The notes under the pieces: generated by a model | Told to the model about the DNA's origin: nothing | Database searches by the model: none | Seen by the model: only the letters and a program-made list of their open reading frames with translations | Virus record (IMG/VR): IMGVR_UViG_3300021197_000868 | Coordinates: 32,001-96,000 of that record | Strand: one strand, 5' to 3' | DNA from: a virus | Length of the DNA: 64,000 bases | Shown here: piece after piece, positions 9,412 to 18,920 of the stretch | Numbering within the stretch: position 1 is the stretch's first letter | How the letters are laid out: the number at the start of each line of letters is the position of its first letter | Position numbers and translations under genes: made by a program

Positions 9412-10794
9412 GTGTTACTCAGAACTCGACAAGACAACCTCTCCCTTCTCAAAGGGGGTAACGACCTCGTGGTCGCAGGTTACGCTAGTGTCGAACTGGT
9501 CGACAAGCAGGGGGATTTGATTACTCGGTCAGCCTTGAAGGATGCCTTCAAGAAATACATGACAGAGCCTAAATACAGAAACGTGCAACTAGCACATTCT
9601 AACATTCAGGTAGGAGAAGTCATTCCACAATACACAGACAGTGAAGGGAGGTTATGGAAAAGCGAAGTTGACGATGCAGGAATGTTCGTCGTAGTTCAAC
9701 TCAGAAATGACATCGAAAAAGCACGTGAAGTGTCAGCAGAGGTCAGAAAGGGGAACTTAACGGGATTCAGCATCGGAGGACAAGCATTCAAGCGAGTTCG
9801 GAAACATGATAGCAGCCACGGCAATTATCAAGAAATCAGCAAACTCGAACTCCATGAAATCACTATCTGCGAAAAAGGAATAAACCCTGAAGCAACATTC
9901 AAGATATTAAAAGAAGACAAAAATAAGGAGATGAAGAAAATGGCAGATGATGTTATGGAACAGATGAACAGCGTTCTCGAGCGCTTGGAAGGGCGACTAG
10001 ACTCAATGGAGAAGGGCGAATTACCACCTGCTCTAAAAGAGGCTATGAAAGATAAGAAAGGTAAGAAAGACGATGACAAAGACGAAGATAAGTCTGAGAA
10101 AGCGTACAAAGCCGATGATGATGAGAAAGATGAGAAGAAAGATGAGAAGAAAAAATCTGAATACTCTGACGTTATATCTGCTGAATACCTAGATTGGATG
10201 GAGAACACTCTAAAGTCTGCTGGTGTAGATACTACAGGTGCAAGAAACCATTTCGATGGTATCAGTAAAGCAAACCTTGGTTCTACACCTGAAGAACTAT
10301 CTGACTATGATTCTCGCTTCGCAGGACAAGTTAAGGGAAGAGCACAAGAAGGTGGCTCACCATCTACTAACGCACTAAGCCGTGCTGGTCTAACTCGTGG
10401 CGGCTCAGGCTCTGTAGAAAAGAGTGATTTCATCACATCTGTAGACCCTGCTTCACTAGAATACGCATACGAAGTCTTCAAGGCTGCAAAGCAAGAAGAG
10501 CAACTACGTAAGGGTATGGAAGTCAACTTCGAGTCTCGCTTCGCTCAAGAATCCAGTATGGAAATTGAAAAAGCAAAAGCACAGGCTTTCGATGCTCGCC
10601 AACCTCTTGATGAAGTCATGAAGGCTCTTGGAACACTTAATGAAAGAATCGACAACATCGGCTCTTCTGTAGAATCTTCTACAATCGCAAAATCCGCATC
10701 CACTGATTTCGAGGTCCCTTCTACGGCTGACCTTGGTAACATGTCATGGGATGAAGTTCACCAACTCGCTGGAGGATTATTCCGAGGCGAGTGA
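9412..10794 (+). CDS. HK97-family prohead protease fused to a scaffold domain
   Basis: VVAGYASVELVDKQGD, catalytic H (QLAHSN) and S (GFSIGG), EITICEKGINPEA, followed by a charged coiled-coil scaffold. The GTG at 9403 overlaps the RBS, so 9412 is the more likely start. Confidence 0.9.
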   Translation: MLLRTRQDNLSLLKGGNDLVVAGYASVELVDKQGDLITRSALKDAFKKYMTEPKYRNVQLAHSNIQVGEVIPQYTDSEGRLWKSEVDDAGMFVVVQLRNDIEKAREVSAEVRKGNLTGFSIGGQAFKRVRKHDSSHGNYQEISKLELHEITICEKGINPEATFKILKEDKNKEMKKMADDVMEQMNSVLERLEGRLDSMEKGELPPALKEAMKDKKGKKDDDKDEDKSEKAYKADDDEKDEKKDEKKKSEYSDVISAEYLDWMENTLKSAGVDTTGARNHFDGISKANLGSTPEELSDYDSRFAGQVKGRAQEGGSPSTNALSRAGLTRGGSGSVEKSDFITSVDPASLEYAYEVFKAAKQEEQLRKGMEVNFESRFAQESSMEIEKAKAQAFDARQPLDEVMKALGTLNERIDNIGSSVESSTIAKSASTDFEVPSTADLGNMSWDEVHQLAGGLFRGE

Positions 10795-10835
10795 AACTCA
10801 ATAACTAAGAAATGAAAATAAGGAGATGAAAAAAT

Positions 10836-12011
10836 ATGGCACGAAATTACGTACGAACAGTCACTGATATGGAGAGATACTACTATGGCGCAGGAAACGC
10901 TATGGGTTACTCTTACTCAGGAAGCGAGTTATTGAAAGCAGACTCACCTATGATGTCTACAACCGCAGGAACCTACCAAGCAATCTATGGTCGCAAGGTA
11001 TGGTCACAGTTGAACCAAGAGTTCAACGCATTCTCTATCATGCCAAAGCGCCCTTGGGACCGCAGTGGATGGAGAGTTATTACTGACAAGCCTAACGCAG
11101 GAGTTGTCCACGGTGGAATTGCAGAGAACGGTACACTACCTGACACTGTAAAGCCTGTGTTCCAACATGTTGCTGCAAAGCCTAAGACAATCGCTCACTC
11201 ATTCGATGTAAGCGAAGTCGCTGTATTCCTTGCTGACAAGGATGACGGTATGGGTGACATGCGCTCAGTTCTTAAAGAAGAAATGGGTAAGCACCACGCT
11301 GAAATGGTAAACAAGATGCTTCTTACTGACTCTGAAACAGTAGCAGGTAACAACTTTGAATCACTTGACCGAATCACCGGAAACGACGGTGGCTCTTCCG
11401 GTGGACTAACATCTATGGAAACTGGCGGCTCAGCAGGTACAGACCACTGTGGCGCAACAGACCTTGACATCTACAGCATTGACCGAAGTGCAAACGCATG
11501 GTCTAACGCTGTTGTAAACTGTGGTAGCGACAGAGCATCCGGTAACCGCCGTACTATGTCACTTGACCAACTAGATGACACATTCCAGCGAATGTGGGAA
11601 CTTGGTGGTAATCCAAAGGTTATCCTAACTGGATATGACACTCTAATGAGACTACAGCAATTGCTACAGGCTCAGCAAAGGTTCATGGAAGAGAAGAGAG
11701 TTACACCTACCTACAACGGTGTTAAAGGTGTACCGGGTATTGAAGCAGGTTTCATTGTAGCAACCTACAACGGTGTCCCAATCATTCCTTCTAAGGACGT
11801 TGAAAAGGACGGCATCAGTAGAATGTACTTCCTTGACACTGACTATCTATACTTCTCTACAGCAATACCTACTCAATACTTTGAGTCAGGAATCGAGACT
11901 GGCGACCCGTTCGCAATTAACAGACTAGGACAGGAAGGACTTTACCGTACAATGGGTGAAGTTTGGACTACCTTCTTCCGTGCTCAGGGTAGCGTAAGGG
12001 ACTTGAAGTGA
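10836..12011 (+). CDS. Major capsid protein (HK97 fold)
   Basis: Directly follows the protease, strong RBS, 391 aa. Contains FESLDRI, GGNPKVILT and ATYNGVPIIPS..MYFLDT, typical of HK97-type capsid proteins. Confidence 0.9.
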   Translation: MARNYVRTVTDMERYYYGAGNAMGYSYSGSELLKADSPMMSTTAGTYQAIYGRKVWSQLNQEFNAFSIMPKRPWDRSGWRVITDKPNAGVVHGGIAENGTLPDTVKPVFQHVAAKPKTIAHSFDVSEVAVFLADKDDGMGDMRSVLKEEMGKHHAEMVNKMLLTDSETVAGNNFESLDRITGNDGGSSGGLTSMETGGSAGTDHCGATDLDIYSIDRSANAWSNAVVNCGSDRASGNRRTMSLDQLDDTFQRMWELGGNPKVILTGYDTLMRLQQLLQAQQRFMEEKRVTPTYNGVKGVPGIEAGFIVATYNGVPIIPSKDVEKDGISRMYFLDTDYLYFSTAIPTQYFESGIETGDPFAINRLGQEGLYRTMGEVWTTFFRAQGSVRDLK

Positions 12012-12049
12012 TGTGGAGATTAGGAATTAAAATAAGGAGATGATGAATT

Positions 12050-12478
12050 ATGACAGCAGTATCATACACAAACAATGGATTGACGTTCGCATACGATGAT
12101 GGAGACATTACTGATTTAGAAGTAGTGCTCGATTTAGATATGCGTACAGGAACACTTGTAGACGAAACAGCATGGCTTGACGGCGGTGCAGCAGCGGGCT
12201 CTTATCCGGGCGCACTTGCTGGCTTTCAAGCAAAGAACAGTAACACTACAGACGCTAATGGTAGCCTTCGTTTAGTCACGGTCAAGTACGACCTTGAAGC
12301 GGCGGCAACAGAAGCATTCACTATGAGTGGTAACATCAGTAAGATTGTAACCATCGTAGGAAACGCTTACCCTACAGCAGATAAAACATTCTCAGTTACT
12401 TTTAGCGGATTGGTTGTAACCTCTCACGCAGAAGCAGCAGCAGATAACTGTTACTTAACAATGTTAATACTTGGTTGA
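12050..12478 (+). CDS. Putative capsid decoration / structural protein
   Basis: Beta-rich Ala/Thr/Gly protein immediately after the capsid gene, with a strong RBS. Confidence 0.5.
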   Translation: MTAVSYTNNGLTFAYDDGDITDLEVVLDLDMRTGTLVDETAWLDGGAAAGSYPGALAGFQAKNSNTTDANGSLRLVTVKYDLEAAATEAFTMSGNISKIVTIVGNAYPTADKTFSVTFSGLVVTSHAEAAADNCYLTMLILG

Positions 12479-12489
12479 AGGTGCTTAAC

Positions 12490-12903
12490 GTGCCTATAAT
12501 AACATATATTGGGCGTTCTCACACACGCAGAGCGACTGATGCAAAGATGAGAGATTGGGAGCAGAATAGACCAGTCGAAGTAACTTCGGCTTGGCTTGAC
12601 CACTACTCCCCTCGTCTAGGAGAAACAGACTTCAGGATAGAAGGTTGGTCGGTAGATGATGCTGAACTACGTGGTACTACCGATAAAGGTGGAGACGGAA
12701 TACCTGATGAAGGATGGGCTCGCAAAGACATAGCAAAGTGGTTAGCCACTTATGATATTAAACCAAGAGGTTATGCAACCAAAACTCAATTACTTGAGTT
12801 AGTTGAAACTGTAATGGGACCTGATGGGGTCGCTGAAACAGAAGAACTAGTAGCAGAGACTCAAGAGGCAGAAGAAGAAACTCAAGAAGGAGATGATGAA
12901 TAA
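12490..12903 (+). CDS. Protein with a HeH/LEM-like (Ish1-type) helical motif and an acidic tail
   Basis: WARKDIAKWLATYDIKPRGYATKTQLLELV. Probable GTG start at 12490. Confidence 0.5.
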   Translation: MPIITYIGRSHTRRATDAKMRDWEQNRPVEVTSAWLDHYSPRLGETDFRIEGWSVDDAELRGTTDKGGDGIPDEGWARKDIAKWLATYDIKPRGYATKTQLLELVETVMGPDGVAETEELVAETQEAEEETQEGDDE

Positions 12904-13229
12904 TGGCAGTAACGATAGACCCAAGACCGACATATTTCGGTGACAGAATGATAGTAACAGGCTCATACGCCGCTGGTGATAACGCAATTGATTTGAGTAG
13001 CGTATTAGCAAGTATTGACTTTGCAGGTGCAAACTCAAGCGGTATAATCGCATCAAGACCAATTACAGATACAGGTGGTACTGCTGACGAACAAGAAGTA
13101 GTCTTTGCACCTGATGTACGAATTGATGGTACAACTATCCGTATTGCGGGTGGTTTGGCTGATGGCACAATCGCTAACACAAACCCTGCACAGGCTGGAA
13201 CTTTTATCGCAATTGGTCGCCGCTCTTAA
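12903..13229 (+). CDS. Small structural protein
   Basis: TAATG coupling with the upstream gene; beta-rich. Confidence 0.55.
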   Translation: MAVTIDPRPTYFGDRMIVTGSYAAGDNAIDLSSVLASIDFAGANSSGIIASRPITDTGGTADEQEVVFAPDVRIDGTTIRIAGGLADGTIANTNPAQAGTFIAIGRRS

Positions 13230-13240
13230 GGTGACTAATC

Positions 13241-13435
13241 ATGGCTAACTTAACACCTAAATACAAGGTAGTGGGGCCATTCTCTCCAGTAGAGTTTGCT
13301 ACTCCCGCTGACTTAACAACCGCTATTGAAACAGCAGTTGGTACAATAGGCGACGCTTCTTCTACTACCAGTTTAGTCGCATCTGACCCCATAACGGTCT
13401 TAGGTAACATTTACATTATTGTAGCCTATGTCTGA
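13241..13435 (+). CDS. Small hypothetical structural protein
   Basis: GGTGA RBS; lies within the operon. Confidence 0.55.
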   Translation: MANLTPKYKVVGPFSPVEFATPADLTTAIETAVGTIGDASSTTSLVASDPITVLGNIYIIVAYV

Positions 13436-13450
13436 GTGTGGGGGAGATGA

Positions 13451-13750
13451 ATGGGCTTAGAGATTTCAACTATTGACTTCGACGACATTAGTCGTTTTCA
13501 GAAACAGGCATTACGTTCAGATGTAAGCATGGATTTGTCAGCGTTTGTTGACCCCGATAATCCACTGAAAGGCATTACAAATGAACAGCGTAATCGCAAT
13601 AGCGAGGCTGCTGATATACTCAATATAGGTTCAGGTACAAGGTGTACGCACTGTGGTATGCTCCATTTCTTATGGCGTGAAACATGCGCTACTTGTAAGA
13701 AACCTATGGAATATAATCTTGCTACTAGGAATGAGGAGGCTCGTGAGTAA
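13451..13750 (+). CDS. Zinc-ribbon protein
   Basis: CTHCG...CATCK. Confidence 0.6.
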   Translation: MGLEISTIDFDDISRFQKQALRSDVSMDLSAFVDPDNPLKGITNEQRNRNSEAADILNIGSGTRCTHCGMLHFLWRETCATCKKPMEYNLATRNEEARE

Positions 13751-15327
13751 TGCCTTCAGTATACAGTCCGGGTGAAGGCGAAACTCGCCCTCTTAATCCC
13801 AGTGATACTGTGTACACTACTCCTCAAAAGGTGGCAGATTACCTTGGTATCGGGCCACAAGAACCAGTTGCCACATCAGCAGATTCTGTATCAGACGGTG
13901 TATTTATCACTGGTGAAGACTATCGTAGATGCGGTACTGAAGTAGATGATACTATTCTCATCTACAGTGATGCTAACCCACTTGGTGTTGAGAAAACAGT
14001 TACTGCTATCGCTAATGGCGGGACAAGTGGGGTCAAATTAACATTCACAGGGTCTTTTACTCATGCTGACTTTGAGGCCGCTGATAACACATACGTGCAG
14101 AATCTAGCATCTTTTACTAACGCTAAAGTTGGAAGACAGCGTGGTGTTACTAAGGCTATTGTGCAAAATCGTATTCGTGAAGTACAGGATAAGATTGACA
14201 ACATCACTCACAATGCTTGGCGACCTTACTTAGTGTCGGCTGAGTACATCAACTTTGATACTTACAAACCGTATCGCCGTCGATACTATACAGATTATGT
14301 TGGTACTGCTCCGCTTCTATTCCGTAATGTTCAGCAGATTCTAAGACTAGAACTATGGCAAGGTGATGACTATCGTGAGATAGGTGCTGCTGAGGCTCGT
14401 GTTGCTATACCTGATGACCCTAGAAGCGTAAGCGGGTCATTAGTATTCAGTCCGGGTAATGGTAGTGCTGCTGTATTAACAGCAGGTACTGCTACTACTC
14501 AATGGCGTGCTGACTTTGACGCTGGGACCACTGCTCAGAATCTTGCTGATTTAATCAACAAAGAGGATAGAGTTAGTAAAGGAGCAGTTGAGTTCAGCCC
14601 TGCATTTACATTAGAAGGTAGCACTAGTAACATAAGCGTCAATAACGAGTTCTTCGCTTCTGCTAATTCTGACTATGGGACAGGTGTCGTTAAAATAACC
14701 AGTAGAAGACCAGTCAAGGCTGGAGAAACGTGTAGCATCGTCTCTACAGACAGCACAGTGTCTATTTCGCAGACTCAAGTTAACACAGCCACTGTTAGTG
14801 GTGTTGTCTCTACTACAATCACTGTAGATTCAGCCGATGGTTTCGCTCCTGCTGGAGTCTGTAAAGATGCTAGTGGTGATGTTTTCAGGTACACTGGTAC
14901 TACCGCTACAACATTTACTGGTTGTGTGATTGTAATTGGAAGCGCTCTTAGTGATATTAGTGGTGAAATTACCCAGCATACTTTACAAGTTGACTTACAG
15001 GGCGGAAGTGCTAGTGGAGACAATGCTCGTTTGCGTGATTGGTGGATGGACTATGAAACTGGCATTATCTACTTCAACAACTCATATCCATTCTTTGAGT
15101 GGAACGCTATCAAAGTTTCTTACATCTATGGTGAGCGTTATCTTGAGAAGGCCATAGAAGAAGTTGCTACGAAGATGGTAGTAATTGACCTACTAATGTC
15201 CGATGACCGTACTGTGTTGTTACCTGAAGGGAGTAGTAATATCGACTTAACCGCTAAGGTACAGTTACTACAATCAGAAATTGATAAGATTCTTCCACGT
15301 TATCAAGAAATGGTTCTCTTTGAGTGA
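13750..15327 (+). CDS. Head-tail adaptor-like protein with large inserted beta domains
   Basis: N-terminal YTTPQKVADYL and C-terminal IKVSYIYG...AIEEVATKMVVIDLL resemble gp6/gp15-type adaptors; position fits. Confidence 0.6.
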   Translation: MPSVYSPGEGETRPLNPSDTVYTTPQKVADYLGIGPQEPVATSADSVSDGVFITGEDYRRCGTEVDDTILIYSDANPLGVEKTVTAIANGGTSGVKLTFTGSFTHADFEAADNTYVQNLASFTNAKVGRQRGVTKAIVQNRIREVQDKIDNITHNAWRPYLVSAEYINFDTYKPYRRRYYTDYVGTAPLLFRNVQQILRLELWQGDDYREIGAAEARVAIPDDPRSVSGSLVFSPGNGSAAVLTAGTATTQWRADFDAGTTAQNLADLINKEDRVSKGAVEFSPAFTLEGSTSNISVNNEFFASANSDYGTGVVKITSRRPVKAGETCSIVSTDSTVSISQTQVNTATVSGVVSTTITVDSADGFAPAGVCKDASGDVFRYTGTTATTFTGCVIVIGSALSDISGEITQHTLQVDLQGGSASGDNARLRDWWMDYETGIIYFNNSYPFFEWNAIKVSYIYGERYLEKAIEEVATKMVVIDLLMSDDRTVLLPEGSSNIDLTAKVQLLQSEIDKILPRYQEMVLFE

Positions 15328-15332
15328 TGTAA

Positions 15333-15677
15333 ATGCCTAAAGATGAGTTTGATGAGTTGATGGATGACCATTTCACTTATGAAATGCTAAAACCTTCTTA
15401 TCAAAAAGAACTTCATCAAATAGTAACTCAGTCACCTGAGAGTTTTCGTAGAGTTGTTGAGCAACAAGAATTGGGTCTTGATGGTATAAATAAAAACGAG
15501 GCGGGTGAATATGAGCAACGTGGTAATTCTCCCGACCCCATTGTTCTTAAAGCAGCATTGGATAGGGTAGATAAGCGGATGCTTAGGGAATCACCGGCTT
15601 TGATAACTCACAAATTAAAGTTCATGGGTGGGAATCTAGTACCGGATAAGAAAGCGTACGAGAGGGAGGTCAGGTAA
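15333..15677 (+). CDS. Hypothetical neck-region protein
   Basis: ORF within the operon. Confidence 0.5.
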   Translation: MPKDEFDELMDDHFTYEMLKPSYQKELHQIVTQSPESFRRVVEQQELGLDGINKNEAGEYEQRGNSPDPIVLKAALDRVDKRMLRESPALITHKLKFMGGNLVPDKKAYEREVR

Positions 15678-16123
15678 TGGTAGCAACATGGACTGAATCT
15701 ATCGACGTTATCCTAGATGTATTAGGTGATTGGAATCGTGCCAATACGTCTAACATTAAACCCATAATAGCAGACATCGCTACTACTTCTCCTGAGCGTG
15801 GTAAGCGCATAGATATGAAAAAGTCCGACTACATTCTATGCTATGAGACGGCGCACAATGAAGAAGCACCTGAATTACTCTATGATTTCGTGACAACACG
15901 TGTAAACATCACAGTTGATTTACGAACTACCAAATCTCGAAAGCACATGCAAGCGATGGAAAACGAGGTACGTCGCCTCATTCATACAAAGCGCAAAGGT
16001 GATGGTACATCCTTTGACCGCCTTGTTTTCAAGACTCGTACGGACCTTTCAGACCGTACAAAACATCTTTTTCGCAAGACCTTCCAAATAGAAGTAGTTA
16101 TCTTTGCGGAGTTAGTGCCATAA
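15677..16123 (+). CDS. Putative tail terminator / tail completion protein
   Basis: 148 aa, directly before the tail tube gene; alternating beta pattern (VNITVDLRT, FRKTFQIEV). Confidence 0.55.
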   Translation: MVATWTESIDVILDVLGDWNRANTSNIKPIIADIATTSPERGKRIDMKKSDYILCYETAHNEEAPELLYDFVTTRVNITVDLRTTKSRKHMQAMENEVRRLIHTKRKGDGTSFDRLVFKTRTDLSDRTKHLFRKTFQIEVVIFAELVP

Positions 16124-16133
16124 GGTGAGCCGA

Positions 16134-18101
16134 ATGCCGTCAACAGTCTATAAGGGAGATTTAACCGAGATTTCTTTCGGTCACGAAACATCATTACAAC
16201 TAACACATCACTATGATGCTAGTAATTCTTTTACATATGAACATGAGGCTACTGACGCTGCTGCTGGAACCAGCACAATACGCTTGGCCGGTGGTGCTTC
16301 TGATACTCCTGTTGAAAGCGGCGTACTTCAACTACCACGTGGTATGTTGGTTGGTGCAAAATTAAGCATCATAGGAGCAACTAACTTCGCATCAGATGAT
16401 GCTACGTCAACTGGTAAGGTCTTTACTGTAGTGCAACATCACACTGGGACTGGTGGGAGTGCTGTTGAAACTGACTTTGTAGTCACTCCTGCTCTTTCCA
16501 CAGGCACAGGTATTCTTAGTAGTGCAGGTGGAGCCCTCCACTTCCACGCTTTTACTCTACCATCTGTTGATGTAGGTATGGGTTATCATGATACTCCTAA
16601 CGCTTCTAGTGAGTCAGTGCTTACTGACCAGTTTGTCGGCCTAGCAGCCACAGTTACACTCCCTGAGACGAAAGTTGACCTGAAGCGATACCATGTCGTG
16701 GGGCTCGGTAGAGATGTCGCTGTACAAGTACCGGGTCGTTTCGTCAATGAAGGGGGGTCTTTTGAAGTCAATATGCACAATCCTCGTTGGTTGTATTACT
16801 GTCTTGGTATGGAAGCGATTGACGTTGGTACAACATACGATTCTCTTTGTGATACAAATAACGATTTCAAATTAAACGGCTCTACGAAGGTTGGAGCGTC
16901 AACAATCATTTATGATGGTACAAACGCTCCTCCTAACTTTGGCTCCGCTGGTAGTGACCCAGTTGTAGCAGGTGATTATGTTATCATCAAAGATACTACT
17001 GCTGCTGATGTAATCACATACGATGCACCTGATAGCGGGAATAAGTTTGGTGCTGTTAGTAACCCGGAGACTACATACTTTGATACAACAGAAACTAGTG
17101 AAATCCGCCGTATTGTAGCAATTACAGCAACACATATTTTCCTAGATGATGGATTATTATTCCCACATGATGATGACAAAGACATCAAGTTCGCTAGATT
17201 CACTAGTGGTTCTACTCTAGGTAGTCCTAACCGTGCTTCAAGCGGTACTCTAACCAATGGTGTTACACGCCTTCTATATTCTCGCAGTAGCGTACCTTCT
17301 TTCGCTATGGAAGTTAGCATTCGTCGTCGTGATAGTGACGGCTCTGTAGACAATGTGGCTGACGGTGGTGCTACAGATACAAAGCAACTAACACGTGTAT
17401 TCCGTGGATGTAAGGTAAAGGACTTCAGCCTAACTGCTGATACCGATGCTGCATTAAGACTAACAGTAAACTTTGATTCTGCTCTATGTTATACTGACAC
17501 AGGTCGTCTTGAAGATGTCTCAACTAAAGGTGACAGATACAATGCTCACCGTATGTTTGAAGACACCGCTAATACAGACGCTAAGCGTAAAGAGTCCGGT
17601 ATTGAAAAGGGCACACAAAAACCATACATGTTCTACAACGGTACAATTGATGTTGCTGGAGTAAGAGTAGGTCAAGTAGTATCTTTCACTTTGAACGGCT
17701 CTACTGGAGTACAACAGTTTTACACAATCAACGGTGCTCCTACTACAGATGCTGCTACTGACCAAGTACCATTCGCAGGTGCTCGTAACGCTTCTATTGC
17801 AGTTGAAGGTAAGACTGAATACAGTATGGATATGGAAATTATAGTAGACGACCCTATCTTTTACCATAAAATGCGTAGAGGAGTAGACCACGATGCCACT
17901 AGTGCTAACATGATTAGACTATCATTTACTAAAGCAGGTACTGCTAGTACACGTGAACGCATTGACATTCTACTCGATGATTACGTTATTATAGAAGCCC
18001 CACTTCCTATTCCTGAAGATAAAGGCCCTATCCGTGCCCCTTTGAAGATTATGCCTAAAGCCATCCGTGTGATTTCAAGAGACACGCTATTCCATTGTTG
18101 A
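16134..18101 (+). CDS. Major tail (tube) protein with inserted accessory domains
   Basis: Tube-like motifs (RVFRGCKVKDFSLTAD, VVSFTLNG, EYSMDMEI). ATG at 16134 follows a GGTGA RBS. Upstream of chaperones and tape measure. Confidence 0.7.
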   Translation: MPSTVYKGDLTEISFGHETSLQLTHHYDASNSFTYEHEATDAAAGTSTIRLAGGASDTPVESGVLQLPRGMLVGAKLSIIGATNFASDDATSTGKVFTVVQHHTGTGGSAVETDFVVTPALSTGTGILSSAGGALHFHAFTLPSVDVGMGYHDTPNASSESVLTDQFVGLAATVTLPETKVDLKRYHVVGLGRDVAVQVPGRFVNEGGSFEVNMHNPRWLYYCLGMEAIDVGTTYDSLCDTNNDFKLNGSTKVGASTIIYDGTNAPPNFGSAGSDPVVAGDYVIIKDTTAADVITYDAPDSGNKFGAVSNPETTYFDTTETSEIRRIVAITATHIFLDDGLLFPHDDDKDIKFARFTSGSTLGSPNRASSGTLTNGVTRLLYSRSSVPSFAMEVSIRRRDSDGSVDNVADGGATDTKQLTRVFRGCKVKDFSLTADTDAALRLTVNFDSALCYTDTGRLEDVSTKGDRYNAHRMFEDTANTDAKRKESGIEKGTQKPYMFYNGTIDVAGVRVGQVVSFTLNGSTGVQQFYTINGAPTTDAATDQVPFAGARNASIAVEGKTEYSMDMEIIVDDPIFYHKMRRGVDHDATSANMIRLSFTKAGTASTRERIDILLDDYVIIEAPLPIPEDKGPIRAPLKIMPKAIRVISRDTLFHC

Positions 18102-18112
18102 GGTGAATAAAA

Positions 18113-18607
18113 ATGCCAAGTCCATCAGAATGTGTAACTAAATACCGTCGTTTATCTAACGAAGACTTTGCTATTTGGTATGGGAATACTTTAGGAGTGG
18201 ATGCAGAAGTCAGCGCTCTTTTAGCGCAGCATCGTACACGTAAGAGCATTCAGATAGCGATAGATGCTTTAGTACCTGCTCCTGTAGTAGAGGTTGAATC
18301 TGTAGAAGACATCCCTAATTCACAAGACTTCCCTTCTGATTTATCATACGATGCTATGTCGTTAAATGAACTCCGAGAGGAGTGTAAAAACCGTGAATTA
18401 CCTGTTTCCGGTACAAAGGCTCAGTTGAGCCTACGCTTGAAGCGTGACGATGAAGGTATATCCGAGTCCCTGACTGAAACTGAAGCCCCCGAGGAATCGG
18501 CTGCTGAAGTTGAGTCGGACACCCCCGCTGAAGAAGCGGCTGTGACCATAGGTGAGACAAATGCCGACAATATCGAACAAGAATCTATTACTGAGACAGA
18601 AGAATGA
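18113..18607 (+). CDS. SAP-domain protein with an acidic tail
   Basis: YDAMSLNELREECKNRELPVSGTKAQLSLRL is a close match to the SAP consensus. Confidence 0.8.
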   Translation: MPSPSECVTKYRRLSNEDFAIWYGNTLGVDAEVSALLAQHRTRKSIQIAIDALVPAPVVEVESVEDIPNSQDFPSDLSYDAMSLNELREECKNRELPVSGTKAQLSLRLKRDDEGISESLTETEAPEESAAEVESDTPAEEAAVTIGETNADNIEQESITETEE

Positions 18608-18920
18608 GCAAAGACACGAAATACCTGTAGACGATGATGAAATCATGGTTGTCTACGTTAGGGATATTTCCTTCTTTGATGTTCAGAAATCTGCTCAAGA
18701 ATTACTCACAATCGGTAAAGATGGCGGAATGTCTCTCGACCTAGAATCATATTGGAAGTACGCTTTTACTAATTGGATAGTCCGTACTGAACCTGAACTT
18801 TCTACTTCTGAATTACTAGACTTAAAAGGTCACATTGGTCAGCGCATAGCCGCTATTCTACCTAGCCCTGAGACAGTAGGTAAAATGTTACAGGGAGATT
18901 TTACGAAAGGCGACGCTTAG
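18561..18920 (+). CDS. Tail assembly chaperone (gpG-like)
   Basis: Position between tube and tape measure; ATG at 18561 after GGTGA. Confidence 0.65.
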   Translation: MPTISNKNLLLRQKNEQRHEIPVDDDEIMVVYVRDISFFDVQKSAQELLTIGKDGGMSLDLESYWKYAFTNWIVRTEPELSTSELLDLKGHIGQRIAAILPSPETVGKMLQGDFTKGDA

